This document shows positions 50,913 to 63,106 of a DNA stretch of 64,000 nt, piece after piece. The translations under genes and the position numbers were made by a program. Every line of letters begins with the position of its first letter. The first letter of the stretch is position 1. The DNA lies in assembly GCA_965235115.1 (NCBI GenBank), contig OZ249442.1, positions 11,284,001-11,348,000 on the forward strand, written 5' to 3'. The notes beneath the pieces are model-generated. The model was not told the origin of the DNA, did no database searches, and saw only the letters and a program-made list of their open reading frames with translations. Source of the DNA: Laetmonice hystrix (Eukaryota).

Positions 50913-53039
50913 TATGATTGGGTTTTCTCCACGGAATCCAACGTAAATCAACATCATTATGTGGCGAGCGTGGATTTGAGGCAATCAGACTAAAAGCCGC
51001 CATTTTTATCGGCGCGGCTCATTAGGCAGAGTATGATCATTAAATCCATTGTATTTATGATGTCAATGGCAAGAACACTGCAGTGCAGAATCAAAACCAT
51101 AATTGACCCCCTGGCCTTTCTTGCGGAAAACAATTTGGTTCATGGAATTTCTTCCTTTGATTTGAAGAGCTGGTACGATTTGACGATGAGATCATTTTGG
51201 TTTAACATTAAAATTACTGGTTCCCTTGCGAGGTGGTCTGAAATCAATAAATATATAAATATTTGCGTCGGGACTGATTTGATCAAAATCAAAGGCATGC
51301 ACCATCCAATGATTACAAACATCTAGTGAAAAATGGAGGCTTAGCTCTTAAAGGTCTGGTATCAGAGGAATAGGAGAGACACGTTGATGAGGTTGAGATG
51401 GTAAATTAATGGTTTGTGCTATTAAAATGAGATCATTCAACTCTTATTGCACTCGAATAAAATAAATAGGGAAACTTCAACAGCTTAAAGCTCTCCGGGC
51501 GCCGGTAGCTTGCAGCAGCTGAGGCGGACCACAATTTGTGTGGAACCCAGATCATGTTTCTGCACAGCCGTCAGAAATTGTTGGAAAATGTCAAGAAGGT
51601 AGGAGCAGACCCTTGTTGTGAAACGACTTGGTTTGCTGTGAAATGTCAAACAGCCTACTGTCGAGGTTCCTGTGTGTTTTGTCAGTTGTCTGAGCTGTTG
51701 TCTGTACCATATGATGATAGACTGTGATACCTATACCGGGTAGCAGAACATCTTTCTTTCACTGTTTACGCCTGTCGTCGACAGGTCGCCAGCACTGGGA
51801 GCACATATATTCTGTACCACCCAATGTGTGCAGTTTGTGTGGTGTAGGCTACACCCTTACATGTAGTTACAGTTCAGTTTGAGTCATGGCAGTGATAACA
51901 TAAGAAGTTAGCACTAAAAGGGTTTTACTGGAGTATTTCACCCTTTGGAGGGGGAGGTGAAGAACTTTTGAAAGAAGGATTCGAGGGAGTAAGTGGGTAT
52001 TTTTCGGGGGTGGATGTCCCCCAAAAACGGGTCTATAGGAAACTCAGGCTAGCCCTTTCAAATTTCATGGGTGGGGATGTACCTTACAAAATTTCACTTG
52101 AGGAAGAAAATCAAATTAGACCTATCCGGGTAGAGTTATCAATTGGATTTACTAGAAGGTTGGAAAAGCACATTCTAGGTTCGTCATGCAGGTGTAGCTG
52201 TACAATAAGGTGTACAAGGGTGTTTACCATAGGGAAATTATAATGGCAGGTTATGATAGAGTGATAGCATACTACAGTATGATCATACCTCCCTCAGTTC
52301 GAGAGGCGATGATCTTGTTATATTGAAAGCGCACTTTGATGTGGCCGAGCCCCGTGTCTGGCGGTGAGAGCCTTGCCTGTCATTACAACAGTTCATGCCT
52401 GCCATTACCGGGGACCGCCGAGTCCGTCCGTCCGTCCCCGCAGGCCTCTCCGCCACTCACCGCCGACCTGCCACCTAGCGGTCAAACGCGGCTTGAGGCT
52501 CATGGCGTGATGGCGACCTTCCTCAAAGATTTAAAGGGTGACCGGATATTGGAAAATGGTGGCGTTCTGAGCCCGAGGGGCACTCTGGGTATCAGGTCCT
52601 CGACGTACACGTAACGTAACCGTCTGATGTTCAGTCTTAATTAAGCCACGGAACCCTTTGATGCTGAGCTAAAGTCGGGTCTTTTAAAGGATCCTTCATT
52701 GTCAGTGAAAGATGACAAACGGCCTCTAGCAGCAGCACATAGTGTTAATCTAAGTCATCTTGACGATAGACTGCCAAATATGTGATAGAGCACAAAAGGA
52801 ATACGATAGTGACCTTTCTGATGGTGACGGAGTGTAAAGGTATTAGTGTTATTTCATTTATAAGGTGTAGAATTTGAAGTATTTTAATTTGTAGCATACT
52901 ACTAGATATAACCAAGTCTAGGTTATATTTTTAACCCCCCCCCCCCCCCCCTCCGGCTCATGTCAGAGTGCATGTTCTCTTTGGTAAAAGTTATGAAATG
53001 TCATTAAAACATGTAGCAGCGTCTCCAGCAAGTCCACTG

Positions 53040-55025
53040 GCAGGAGGTATACTTCCTGCCCAGTGATGGAGGTGACAAGACATGCCATGTCGTACTAGAA
53101 CAGGACGTCTGACGTGCTGCAGGAGGTTTACTTCCTGCCCAGTGATGGAGATGACAAGACATGCCATGTCGTACTACCACAGGACGTCTGACGTGCTGCA
53201 GGAGGTTTACTTCCTGCCCAGTGATGGAGATGACAAGACATGCCATGTCGTACTACCACAGGACGTCTGACGTGCTGCAGGAGGTTTACTTCCTGCCCAG
53301 TGATGGAGAGATGACAAGACATGCCATGTCGTACTACCACAGGACGTCTGACGTGCTGCAGGAGGTTTACTTCCTGCCCAGTGATGGAGAGATGACAAGA
53401 CATGCCATGTCGTACTACCACAGGACGTCTGACGTGCTGCAGGAGGTTTACTTCCTGCCCAGTGATGGAGAGATGACAAGACATGCCATGTCGTACTACC
53501 ACAGGACGTCTGACGTGCTGCAGGAGGTTTACTTCCTGCCCAGTGATGGAGGTGACAAGACATGCCATGTCGTACTACCACAGGACGTCTGACGTGCTGC
53601 AGGAGGTTTACTTCCTGCCCAGTGATGGAGATGACAAGACATGCCATGTCGTACTACCACAGGACGTCTGACGTGCTGCAGGAGGTTTACTTCCTGCCCA
53701 GTGATGGAGATGACAAGACATGCCATGTCGTACTACCACAGGACGTCTTACGTGCTGCAGGAGGTTTACTTCCTGCCCAGTGATGGAGATGACAAGACAT
53801 GCCATGTCGTACTACCACAGGACGTCTGACGTGCTGCAGGAGGTTTACGTCCTGCCCAGTGATGGAGATGACAAGACATGCCATGTCGTACTACCACAGG
53901 ACGTCTGACGTGCTGCAGGAGGTTTACTTCCTGCCCAGTGATGGAGATGACAAGACATGCCATGTCGTACTACCACAGGACGTCTGACGTGCTGCAGGAG
54001 GTTTACTTCCTGCCCAGTGATGGAGAGATGACAAGACATGCCATGTCGTACTACCACAGGACGTCTGACGTGCTGCAGGAGGTTTACTTCCTGCCCAGTG
54101 ATGGAGATGACAAGACATGCCATGTCGTACTACCACAGGACGTCTGACGTGCTGCAGGGGGTTTACTTCCTGCCCAGTGATGGAGGTGACAAGACATGCC
54201 ATGTCGTACTACCACAGGACGTCTGACGTGCTGCAGGAGGTTTACTTCCTGCCCAGTGATGGAGATGACAAGACATGCCATGTCGTACTACCACAGGACG
54301 TCTGACGTGCTGCAGGAGGTTTACTTCCTGCCCAGTGATGGAGATGACAAGACATGCCATGTCGTACTACCACAGGACGTCTGACGTGCTGCAGGAGGTT
54401 TACTTCCTGCCCAGTGATGGAGGTGACAAGACATGCCATGTCGTACTACCACAGGACGTCTGACGTGCTGCAGGAGGTTTACTTCCTGCCCAGTGATGGA
54501 GATGACAAGACATGCCATGTCGTACTACCACAGGACGTCTGACGTGCTGCAGGAGGTTTACTTCCTGCCCAGTGATGGAGATGACAAGACATGCCATGTC
54601 GTACTACCACAGGACGTCTGACGTGCTGCAGGAGGTTTACTTCCTGCCCAGTGATGGAGATGACAAGACATGCCATGTCGTACTACCACAGGACGTCTGA
54701 CGTGCTGCAGGAGGTTTACTTCCTGCCCAGTGATGGAGATGACAAGACATGCCATGTCGTACTACCACAGGACGTCTGACGTGCTGCAGGAGGTTTACTT
54801 CCTGCCCAGTGATGGAGATGACAAGACATGCCATGTCGTACTACCACAGGACGTCTGACGTGCTGCAGGAGGTTTACTTCCTGCCCAGTGATGGAGAGAT
54901 GACAGGACATGCCATGTCGTACTACCACAGGACGTCTGACGTGCTGCAGGAGGTTTACTTCCTGCCCAGTGATGGAGATGACAAGACATGCCATGTCGTA
55001 CTACCACAGGACGTCTGACGTGCTG
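53040..55025. repeat. 79-bp minisatellite (81-bp variants), ~25 copies
   Basis: Unit CAGGAGGTTTACTTCCTGCCCAGTGATGGAGATGACAAGACATGCCATGTCGTACTACCACAGGACGTCTGACGTGCTG; the ORF-track offsets are 79 bp. Confidence 0.98.
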
Positions 55026-55360
55026 ATATAAGGTCAACATCTCTGTCAGTTCTATGTGACCATGTGAACACAATTGGTTATAAAATTAGGGCAGAGATGT
55101 GCGTAGACAGTCTGTAAGTGTGTTAAGAGGTCGTCAGTGAATGAGAATGATTTAGAGGTGAGCAGATGTTCTCCGATACAAAGAGGCTCACCTGTGGCTA
55201 GGATGGACATAACAATAGCCTAACTATACATTGTACATTGTATCTGGGCTACGGAAACTGAAAGGTAAGGATCCTAACTTAAGTTTGACCTCGGGCTTCC
55301 CATTAACACGAGTGGCTGCCTGACTAGCCAATCAGAAGCCTACAGGACTTAGCCTGAGAT

Positions 55361-55539
55361 CCAGGGGTCCGTTCCACTAACGAAAGACGTCTTTAGCAAA
55401 GACGTCTTTGGAAAGACGTCTTTGCAGGGCCAATGTTAAAGAATAGGAGGTTAGTGGAACACCCGTCGCTGCAAAGACCTCTTTGGGCTCAGCGACCATT
55501 TCAAAGACGTCTTTCGGGCTTAGTGGAACGGACCCCTGG
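55361..55539. mobile_element. MITE with perfect 20-bp TIR and internal AAAGACGTCTTT palindromes
   Basis: CCAGGGGTCCGTTCCACTAA / TTAGTGGAACGGACCCCTGG; four exact copies and one variant of AAAGACGTCTTT inside. Confidence 0.85.
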
Positions 55540-57460
55540 TTCTTTATATAGGACCCCAGTTCTGTAAATAGGCCCCAAAACAACGTCTTTCAAGTCACCT
55601 ATAATCCTGCCAAGAAATGAGGTGGAAAGTAAAAATGTTATGCGGTGTGCCTGTCATTTTACTACAGTACGCGTCGGCTGGTCAAACAGGCTGGAAGAGG
55701 GCATTAATCTGCAAGTCTTTGCAAGTCTTAGTAAGAACAAAAAATGACAGGAAGGTAGATTTATTATGATAAACTGTTGGCCGGTGGCTGAGCGGCTTGT
55801 TGGTGGCAGTGGGGGAGTTTTACTGCCGGACTGTGTGATTGGTTTTACACTGGGACCCAGACTCTGGTCCTGCCACACTGTCACAGGAGTCTGCCAGTCT
55901 GGAGAACGCCCCAGGACAAGTGAGTTAATGTGGTGTTTTTTGTACGCCTCATTCGTGAAACAGTATTATATCACACAAATCTGTCGGTAGAGCAAATAAT
56001 CCAATTAATTATCCTGATGACAATCAAAACAAAGACGAAAGAAATGACGTTTGATTTGTTGATGTGCCCTTCACGAAAATTGGCTAATATTAATAAGAGA
56101 GTGGCTTGATTTAGTGACTGGTTTAAAGGGAATGAGGCTGATCATCACCCAGAACATTGCCTTGAGCCGTGTCAGGTCTCATGGTGTCAGTGAGGTCAAG
56201 CTTCTATCGGTCAGTGCTGACAATGAAAGCGGAAAACGTGGAGTGAGACAGTTTGGTGAGTTTACGAGACTGTGTCATCTGATGGCGTATAGATTCTGTG
56301 CGGGTTTCTACTTGGTATACTTCCATATATACAATGTATAGCAAGACTTACTTGAGAAGTTGTGGAAGTTAAAATCAGCGTCTTGGGTACATTAGGCCAT
56401 ATTGCAGTATTGGTAAAGAAGAGAGCAGCGTGATCGTTTTCCTTTTCTTTATGCGTTACTGGTTGGGCTCCAGGGGGAACTGTCCTCTGTCGGGAGGTTG
56501 GCTATACGTATTCCCACCAGTTAATGAGTTTGGCAGTACATGTGTAGTTAGTGGACTATTTGCAGCCAGTGTCCTGTGATGTTTTAGGGTCAATGGAGAA
56601 CAGTTTGAATTGTGTCCTTGTGAATTTCTGCACATCCGTCCTGCTCAGATGATTTTAGGATTGATCCTTTACTGACTGGTTTATAACATTTGTTACCATA
56701 GAAAATATAATCTTTAACGCTATGATCTTTAAATGATTATATGTCTTTAAATGAGAGTTATTCCTGATGACCTCACAGTGGGTATGTAAGAGAGGAACCT
56801 GACCGGTACGAACGCTGTATTCACTCGGCAGCCGTTACCAAAGCGACTTGCACTTGCTGTTCTCAAGGAGGCAACGTTTACACTTCAGCAAGAACGCCGC
56901 CTGCGGACACAGCAGGCCTCTTGTGGTTCCAATATAACATTCATTAACTTAAAGACATTATGCAATTTCCAATGCACAGTCATTTTTGTATGATACAACA
57001 AAAATTGCCTGGCAGTGTTTACGTGGGATGTGATTTTCTTGAAGTGATAATCGGCTTGCTGCCTGGATAGCGTGGTTTTCGAGACGATGTGATTTCCCCC
57101 ACGGGTTGCTAAGTAAGAGAGTTGCTGATTACTATTGACAGAGTCTGCCTTGCTCCAGGCCATTTTGTAATTTGGAACAAGAATGACAACGACACAGACA
57201 TTAAGTAATTCAATCATTGTCAAGCCTGTACTAATGCCTTCAGAAGGGCTAATATTGCAAGTCTTTGAGCTGAAAAGTTTACAACTGGCTGGAAAGTGGA
57301 AAGCTTCAACTAAAACCCTCGACGTGTTATGTAATATATTCAACGTCTTCCCATTTAGAAGTGTGAGCGATTTTCTTTTTAAATGCACGGACATCAGGCG
57401 TAACCCAGTTACTTTAAGAATGTCCGGAAAGAGAAAAGTATATAGTCCTCTACTGGAATG

Positions 57461-57742
57461 GAGTGAGTGAGTAGTTAGTGTTTAACGCCCAGTCAGCAGT
57501 ATTTCAGCTATATCAGATAATGTGATAATGATAGGAAGAAACCCGCGCACCTACTCTTTTCGGTAAATACCAAGGGATCTATAACGTGCCCCTCCACATA
57601 AACGTATCGTGACACGGCCGGCCTTTGATAAAGCAGTCGGCAGCACTGCTATACAGGAAAGTCCGACAAGGCGGCATCTCGGACCCAGAACCTTTAGATC
57701 AAAGATGATCCCGCGTTCTAACCACTGCGCCACCCCGGACCC
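57461..57742 (-). mobile_element. tRNA-derived SINE
   Basis: On the minus strand: head GGGTCCGGGGTGGCGCAGTGGTTAGAACGC (A-box), degenerate B-box region GGTTCTGGGTCCGAGA, body with GATCCCTTGG...GAAAAAGAGTAGG, and tail AAACACTAACTACTCACTCACTC. Confidence 0.7.
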
Positions 57743-57882
57743 ATCCCTTTTAGAAATGTAATTTGGCGTGGAAAATTGTATTTTTAGAGGGCCTGAGTCA
57801 CATAGACTATGTTCTTTTCGTACCATCATATCTCATTCCGTCATGAATGTGTCCACGTTATAAAGATCATGGGTTCTTTTCT

Positions 57883-58009
57883 GTCCTCGTTATAAGAATT
57901 GATTATTTTGGGTCCTCGTTATAAGAATTGATTATTTTGGGTCCTCGTTATAAGAATTGATTATTTTGGGTCCTCGTTATAAGAATTGATTATTTTGGGT
58001 CCTCGTTAT
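57883..58009. repeat. 29-bp tandem repeat, ~4.3 copies
   Basis: Unit TCCTCGTTATAAGAATTGATTATTTTGGG; period 29 (57901/57930). Confidence 0.95.
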
Positions 58010-59764
58010 TTATTATGATGATTATTGATAACATGTAGATCCAAGGCTCCGCAGCCTTTATGACTCAATAACTGCTGCGGGTGGTATACAACTATAAACC
58101 AGTAATGGTACAACAAATGGTTTATTGTTATCGGCTACATGTTTTATTGAGATCATCTCCCCGGTTTCAGGTTGTCGTACACAATCAAAGTGACAGTTCT
58201 TACCGGCGAAATCTGTGGTTAAATTACAGCTGTCGTTTCAAGGAAGGAAATTTCATTAGGCGATCCCCAGAGCACTGATAGTACCAGGTGTTAAAATGTT
58301 GTTGCCTTGGTAGAACTAGAAACTACTTGTGTCAAGGAAAACCTGGCGGCTTTGTCCTGTGTCAGGAGCCACCATTCCAAGGGATTCCGTGATGTGCCAG
58401 CAGCTATTAAAGGGCTTCCGTTGATCCAAACTGCCACACGTATTTCTTGGACATGCGGACCTGGATGGTGATGTTACATTATTCAGACACAGCGGAGGCC
58501 GAGTGGTGGCGAGCCAGACAACATTACAGTTGCATGGAACTCATTACCACCCCATCTGAACACATGTTGTGATCAACCGCTGCTGACTCACACACCCACC
58601 GCTAGGGGGACGACGTCGGGCTCCACCGCAGGAATTCTGCATGATCTGAGATGGACAGATGGTGACCTAATTTTCTCCTGATGAGGGAATGTCCGTACGG
58701 CTGTGGCATGTCCAATTGGAAGGGATCACAACCATGTGGTGTTTAGAAGGGAAATCATTAATAGAAACTAGGCTTGCACAGATGCAATCTATCTTCCAGC
58801 CTAATGACCTTGGCGTGACCTTCACAGTTACTATCAGGTGACCAAGGTGGACAGGGTTGTTGGTGAATGTGACAAATGACAGATGACTGAACCAGATTCA
58901 TCAAAAGTTATGATTAATAATTGAATGTTGAGGAGGAGGAGGAGTTCTGCCCAAATTTGGTAAATGACGTATCGGTTTTTACTGCTATATGTAAATAATA
59001 TTTTCACAGTGGCAGTGATGTAGCTTGGAAATCACGAGGAAAGAAAAACTTTATGTTATGATTGACAATATTGCAGTATATTCGCATGGTTAATGAACAT
59101 CAGAAATGTTTCAAAACTAGTCATTTTTAAGGGACATGCGAGGGGGTTTGTCATGAATAGATCTGCCTCGTCAAGTCTGGTATCAGACAAAACTGAATTT
59201 GACGTTCCTATACTGGGATCATAAGAATCTACGTCTTTTTAAAATTCTTAATTGAGCCCCATGAAAGGTACAGCAGAGGTACAAACATGCATAATGTGTC
59301 CTATGATGAGTTGATCCTAGACAGAATGCCAGTAGAATGTAGGATCAAATCCAACAAATTGTCAAGTATTCAATCGTCCGGCAAACAGCGGACTGAAATG
59401 GAAGCCATTTTCCATGCATCCACTGCATATCTGTGGAGCCATTAAAACATTGAGACATTTCCCACCATAGTTAATCATGTTTGTTTCATGGAAAATTAGA
59501 AATCGGCGTGGCGTTAAAACGCAGCGAATGTCCTTATAAAACCCGTATCGTTTCCAGGACAAATATTTCCATGTGGAAGAGCGTAATTACTGTGCAGATA
59601 CAAAGTGGTGTAACTAAGTTTTGTCATGGCACAGATACGCTGAACACATTTGGCTTGTACAAGCAGATCTGTCCGATTGCAGAGGAGAAGCAATTGGAAA
59701 TTTGCATGCAATTTGGTCAGGCTATTAGTGAGCCAACAAGGACGTTGTAAGAGGTTTGAACAGA

Positions 59765-59769
<5 letters not shown>

Positions 59770-59808
<39 letters not shown>
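59770..59808. repeat. (CAG)13 microsatellite
   Basis: Perfect 39-nt run. Confidence 0.97.
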
Positions 59809-59809
<1 letters not shown>

Positions 59810-60644
59810 CGCTGTGGCGGCAGAGGAGGTGGTCGTCAGGCAATCTCAGGATCCACAGCCAGACAGACAGACTGGTACAATGGTGGGATGTCACAGACTT
59901 CCCGGCACAGGAATGGGATTAGCGGATAAATCAATGACATCTGAGCTGTGACCGACCGGAATCCTGCGACAAATATTCTAATTGGATGGAACCTCCACGA
60001 GCTTTCACCGTGAGGTCCGTGGAGAGGATTATATATGGCTGAGCGCCTCTCGAGACGAGCGAGCGAGCCACCGGCAGCGCTGGGCACCGGCTGCGGCGGT
60101 CGGCCACCCGGCCACCCGGCCACCCACCCCATGGATTCTCACGCTGACCATTGTGAGCCGTAAAAAGCGACAAGGCGGGGTTTGACCGGTGTGGCAAACA
60201 GGGGCAGCAGGGCAGTGGGCATTGTACACAGGACTGGCTCACAAAGTAGAATAGGGATGGTTCGCATACCTGGGGCTGGCCATGTGCTGTGCTGTATGTC
60301 AAGTACTTGCCTCAGCTAGTTTGGAAAGTTAGTTACGTGTCATAATAACACTAGATTCTTCAGGCGGCCACAAACAATGGCAGTAAACAAGGAAGTGGAT
60401 CGTTGTATGGGATCTAGCAGCGCCGGTCTACTCTAGGATGTGAAGCGAATGACGCCATGATAGCACGTGTACAGTTTGAGGATCCATTCCGCACTATCTC
60501 AAAGTTATCCGATCTCTTCTCATGATCAGTCTGCACTGGTGGTAAGTTTTCAAACTCAAGTTTTCAGCTCTCATTATTTTGAGGTCAATTTCTGTTATAC
60601 ACAACCGATGATCAAACCGTGCCAAATCGTTTCGAGGCATGACC

Positions 60645-61648
60645 CAGATAAGTGAAGGTCGATGATATCAGGGATCCATACGTCAGGGCATGACCTAGAT
60701 AAGTGAGGGTCGATGATATCAGAGATCCATACGTCAGGGCCTGACCTAGATAAGTGAAGGTCGATGATATCAGGGATCCATCTATACGTCAGGGCCTGAC
60801 CTAGATAAGTGAAGGTCGATGATATCAGGGATCCATACGTCAGGGCCTGACCTAGATAAGTGAAGGTCGATGATATCAGGGATCCATACGTCAGGGCCTG
60901 ACCTAGATAAGTGAAGGTCGATGATATCAGGGATCCATACGTCAGGGCATGACCTAGATAAGTGAAGGTCGATGATATCAGAGATCCATACGTCAGGGCC
61001 TGACCTAGATAAGTGAAGGTCGATGATATCAGGGATCCATCTATACGTCAGGGCCTGACCTAGATAAGTGAAGGTCGATGATATCAGGGATCCATACGTC
61101 AGGGCCTGACCTAGATAAGTGAAGGTCGATGATATCAGGGATCCATACGTCAGGGCCTGACCTAGATAAGTGAAGGTCGATGATATCAGGGATCCATACG
61201 TCAGGGCCTGACCCAGGTAAGTGAAGGTCGATGATATCAGGGATCCATACGTCAGGGCATGACCTAGATAAGTGAAGGTCGATGATATCAGGGATCCATA
61301 CGTCAGGGCCTGACCTAGATAAGTGAAGGTCGATGATATCAGGGATCCATACGTCAGGACCTGACCTAGATAAGTGAAGGTCGATGATATCAGGGATCCA
61401 TACGTCAGGGCCTGACCTAGATAAGTGAAGGTCGATGATATCAGGGATCCATACGTCAGGGCCTGACCTAGATAAGTGAAGGTCGATGATATCAGGGATC
61501 CATACTTAGGGCCTGACCTAGATAAGTGAAGGTCGATGATATCAGGGATCCATACGTCAGGGCCTGACCTAGATAAGTGAAGGTCGATGATATCAGGGAT
61601 CCATACGTCAGGGCATGACTTAGATAATTGAGGGTCGATGATATCACG
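60645..61648. repeat. 51-bp minisatellite (55-bp variants), ~19 copies
   Basis: Unit GACCTAGATAAGTGAAGGTCGATGATATCAGGGATCCATACGTCAGGGCCT; period 51 (60901/60952). Confidence 0.98.
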
Positions 61649-62720
61649 TATCTCTGTGGGGAAAGCGGCAAAGATTGAAGATTCACACAGGTTGGCGTTT
61701 GTCGCGAGTGCGTCAATGGTAAAAAGAAACCTGAACTACAGATTGACCGACAGATATAGTTTTAGATGTAGAAGAGCCGTGATTTGAACCGTTTCATATG
61801 GCTGGTCTCTGGGAGGATTAGTCTGGTATCTCATACAACAAACTTTGAGCAGGGATTTTAACCCCTATCGACCGGCACACAAAGCAAATCAACCGGAAAG
61901 GTTTGTATAGAATGTGGACTCCGCCACTTGGGCCTAAACATGTGTGTGTGTGGACTTGATGCACACACCTGGGGTCCCTCAGACGCTGACCCTGGTCCAG
62001 GTTTGACCTAGATTTACCTGGTGTTGACATCTGGGATGTTTCCAGTAGTGACGTACTGTGTCAGAAGGTACCAGGTGTTCAGCCTGACACGCGGTCAGGT
62101 ATAGGCCGAGCGGCCGGCCTCAGAACACCCAGACTTGGCATTGTTACAGTCATCCAGGCTCACTCTGAGCGTCCCACCAACAATGACACCCTTCACGGGC
62201 CCTGTTTGATGTGGGTCGAGTAAGTAAACACCCCAAAAATAATTGTCATATTCAGCACATTCACAGGTGTCAGGACGGCGTATCCACTTTGTATTTGTGT
62301 GTGTGAGTGAATGTTTCGGGTGAAAGGACAGATTTCGAGAAGGGTTGCCGATAACAGTAATTTTATTATGGCGATAAAAACGGAGTATTGCTCTACATAA
62401 CGGGCATCAAATATTCAAGTCCTTAGAGTTTTATATATCGGTGATTTTATTAATGCTCTTATAGATCAGTTATGAATAATGGCCTATTTGTGTTAGCAGA
62501 TATCATTTGTGGCACATGTAGGCGCTGGGATTGGGCAAGGGGGCACCGTGGAGAAACCAAAGTATAATTTTGTCGCCACCAAAGCTATGAATATACGACC
62601 TGCTGACATAACCTCTCAAATCATTATAAATCAGAAGGTTCCGAGAATACTGTGACGTTATAGAGACGTCTTCCCCCACGACCGTATCAATTGAATTGGG
62701 AATATAGAACAGCTACTCGT

Positions 62721-62794
62721 CAAACGAGCGTCACACAAGGTAGCTGTGGGCTTCAGACAAACGAGCGTCACACAAGGTAGCTGTGGGCTTCAGA
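62721..62794. repeat. 37-bp exact tandem duplication
   Basis: CAAACGAGCGTCACACAAGGTAGCTGTGGGCTTCAGA twice (62721, 62758). Confidence 0.9.
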
Positions 62795-63106
62795 ATGCCG
62801 TATAACAAAGTAACAGTTGTATTCCATTATGACAGATATCCCAGATCATCATACCGTTCTACGTCTACAAGAACCCCGCGCTTCCTCCTCTCTCTCTCTC
62901 TGTCTCACTCTGGTAAGCTAACACCTTGCCTCTGATATCTTATCATTAGACATGTTGATGTGACCGCATAGTTCAGAATACAGTACCCGAAAGGGTTATT
63001 CTATAGCCAGGAGACAAGACAACTCTATAATGTGGGTCGGGAAGGGTATAGGAGTGCTGCTGTATAACCTGACTTATGGGGTAATGTCGGATGGCTATAT
63101 AATGGC

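Noticed and set aside
53004-55073. Dozens of 62-146 aa ORFs on both strands
   Set aside because: All are translations of the 79-bp tandem unit.
56885-57470. 169-aa and 95-aa ORFs; faint RT-like words (NGLEQG) in another frame
   Set aside because: Similarity too weak to support a gene or LINE remnant without a profile search.
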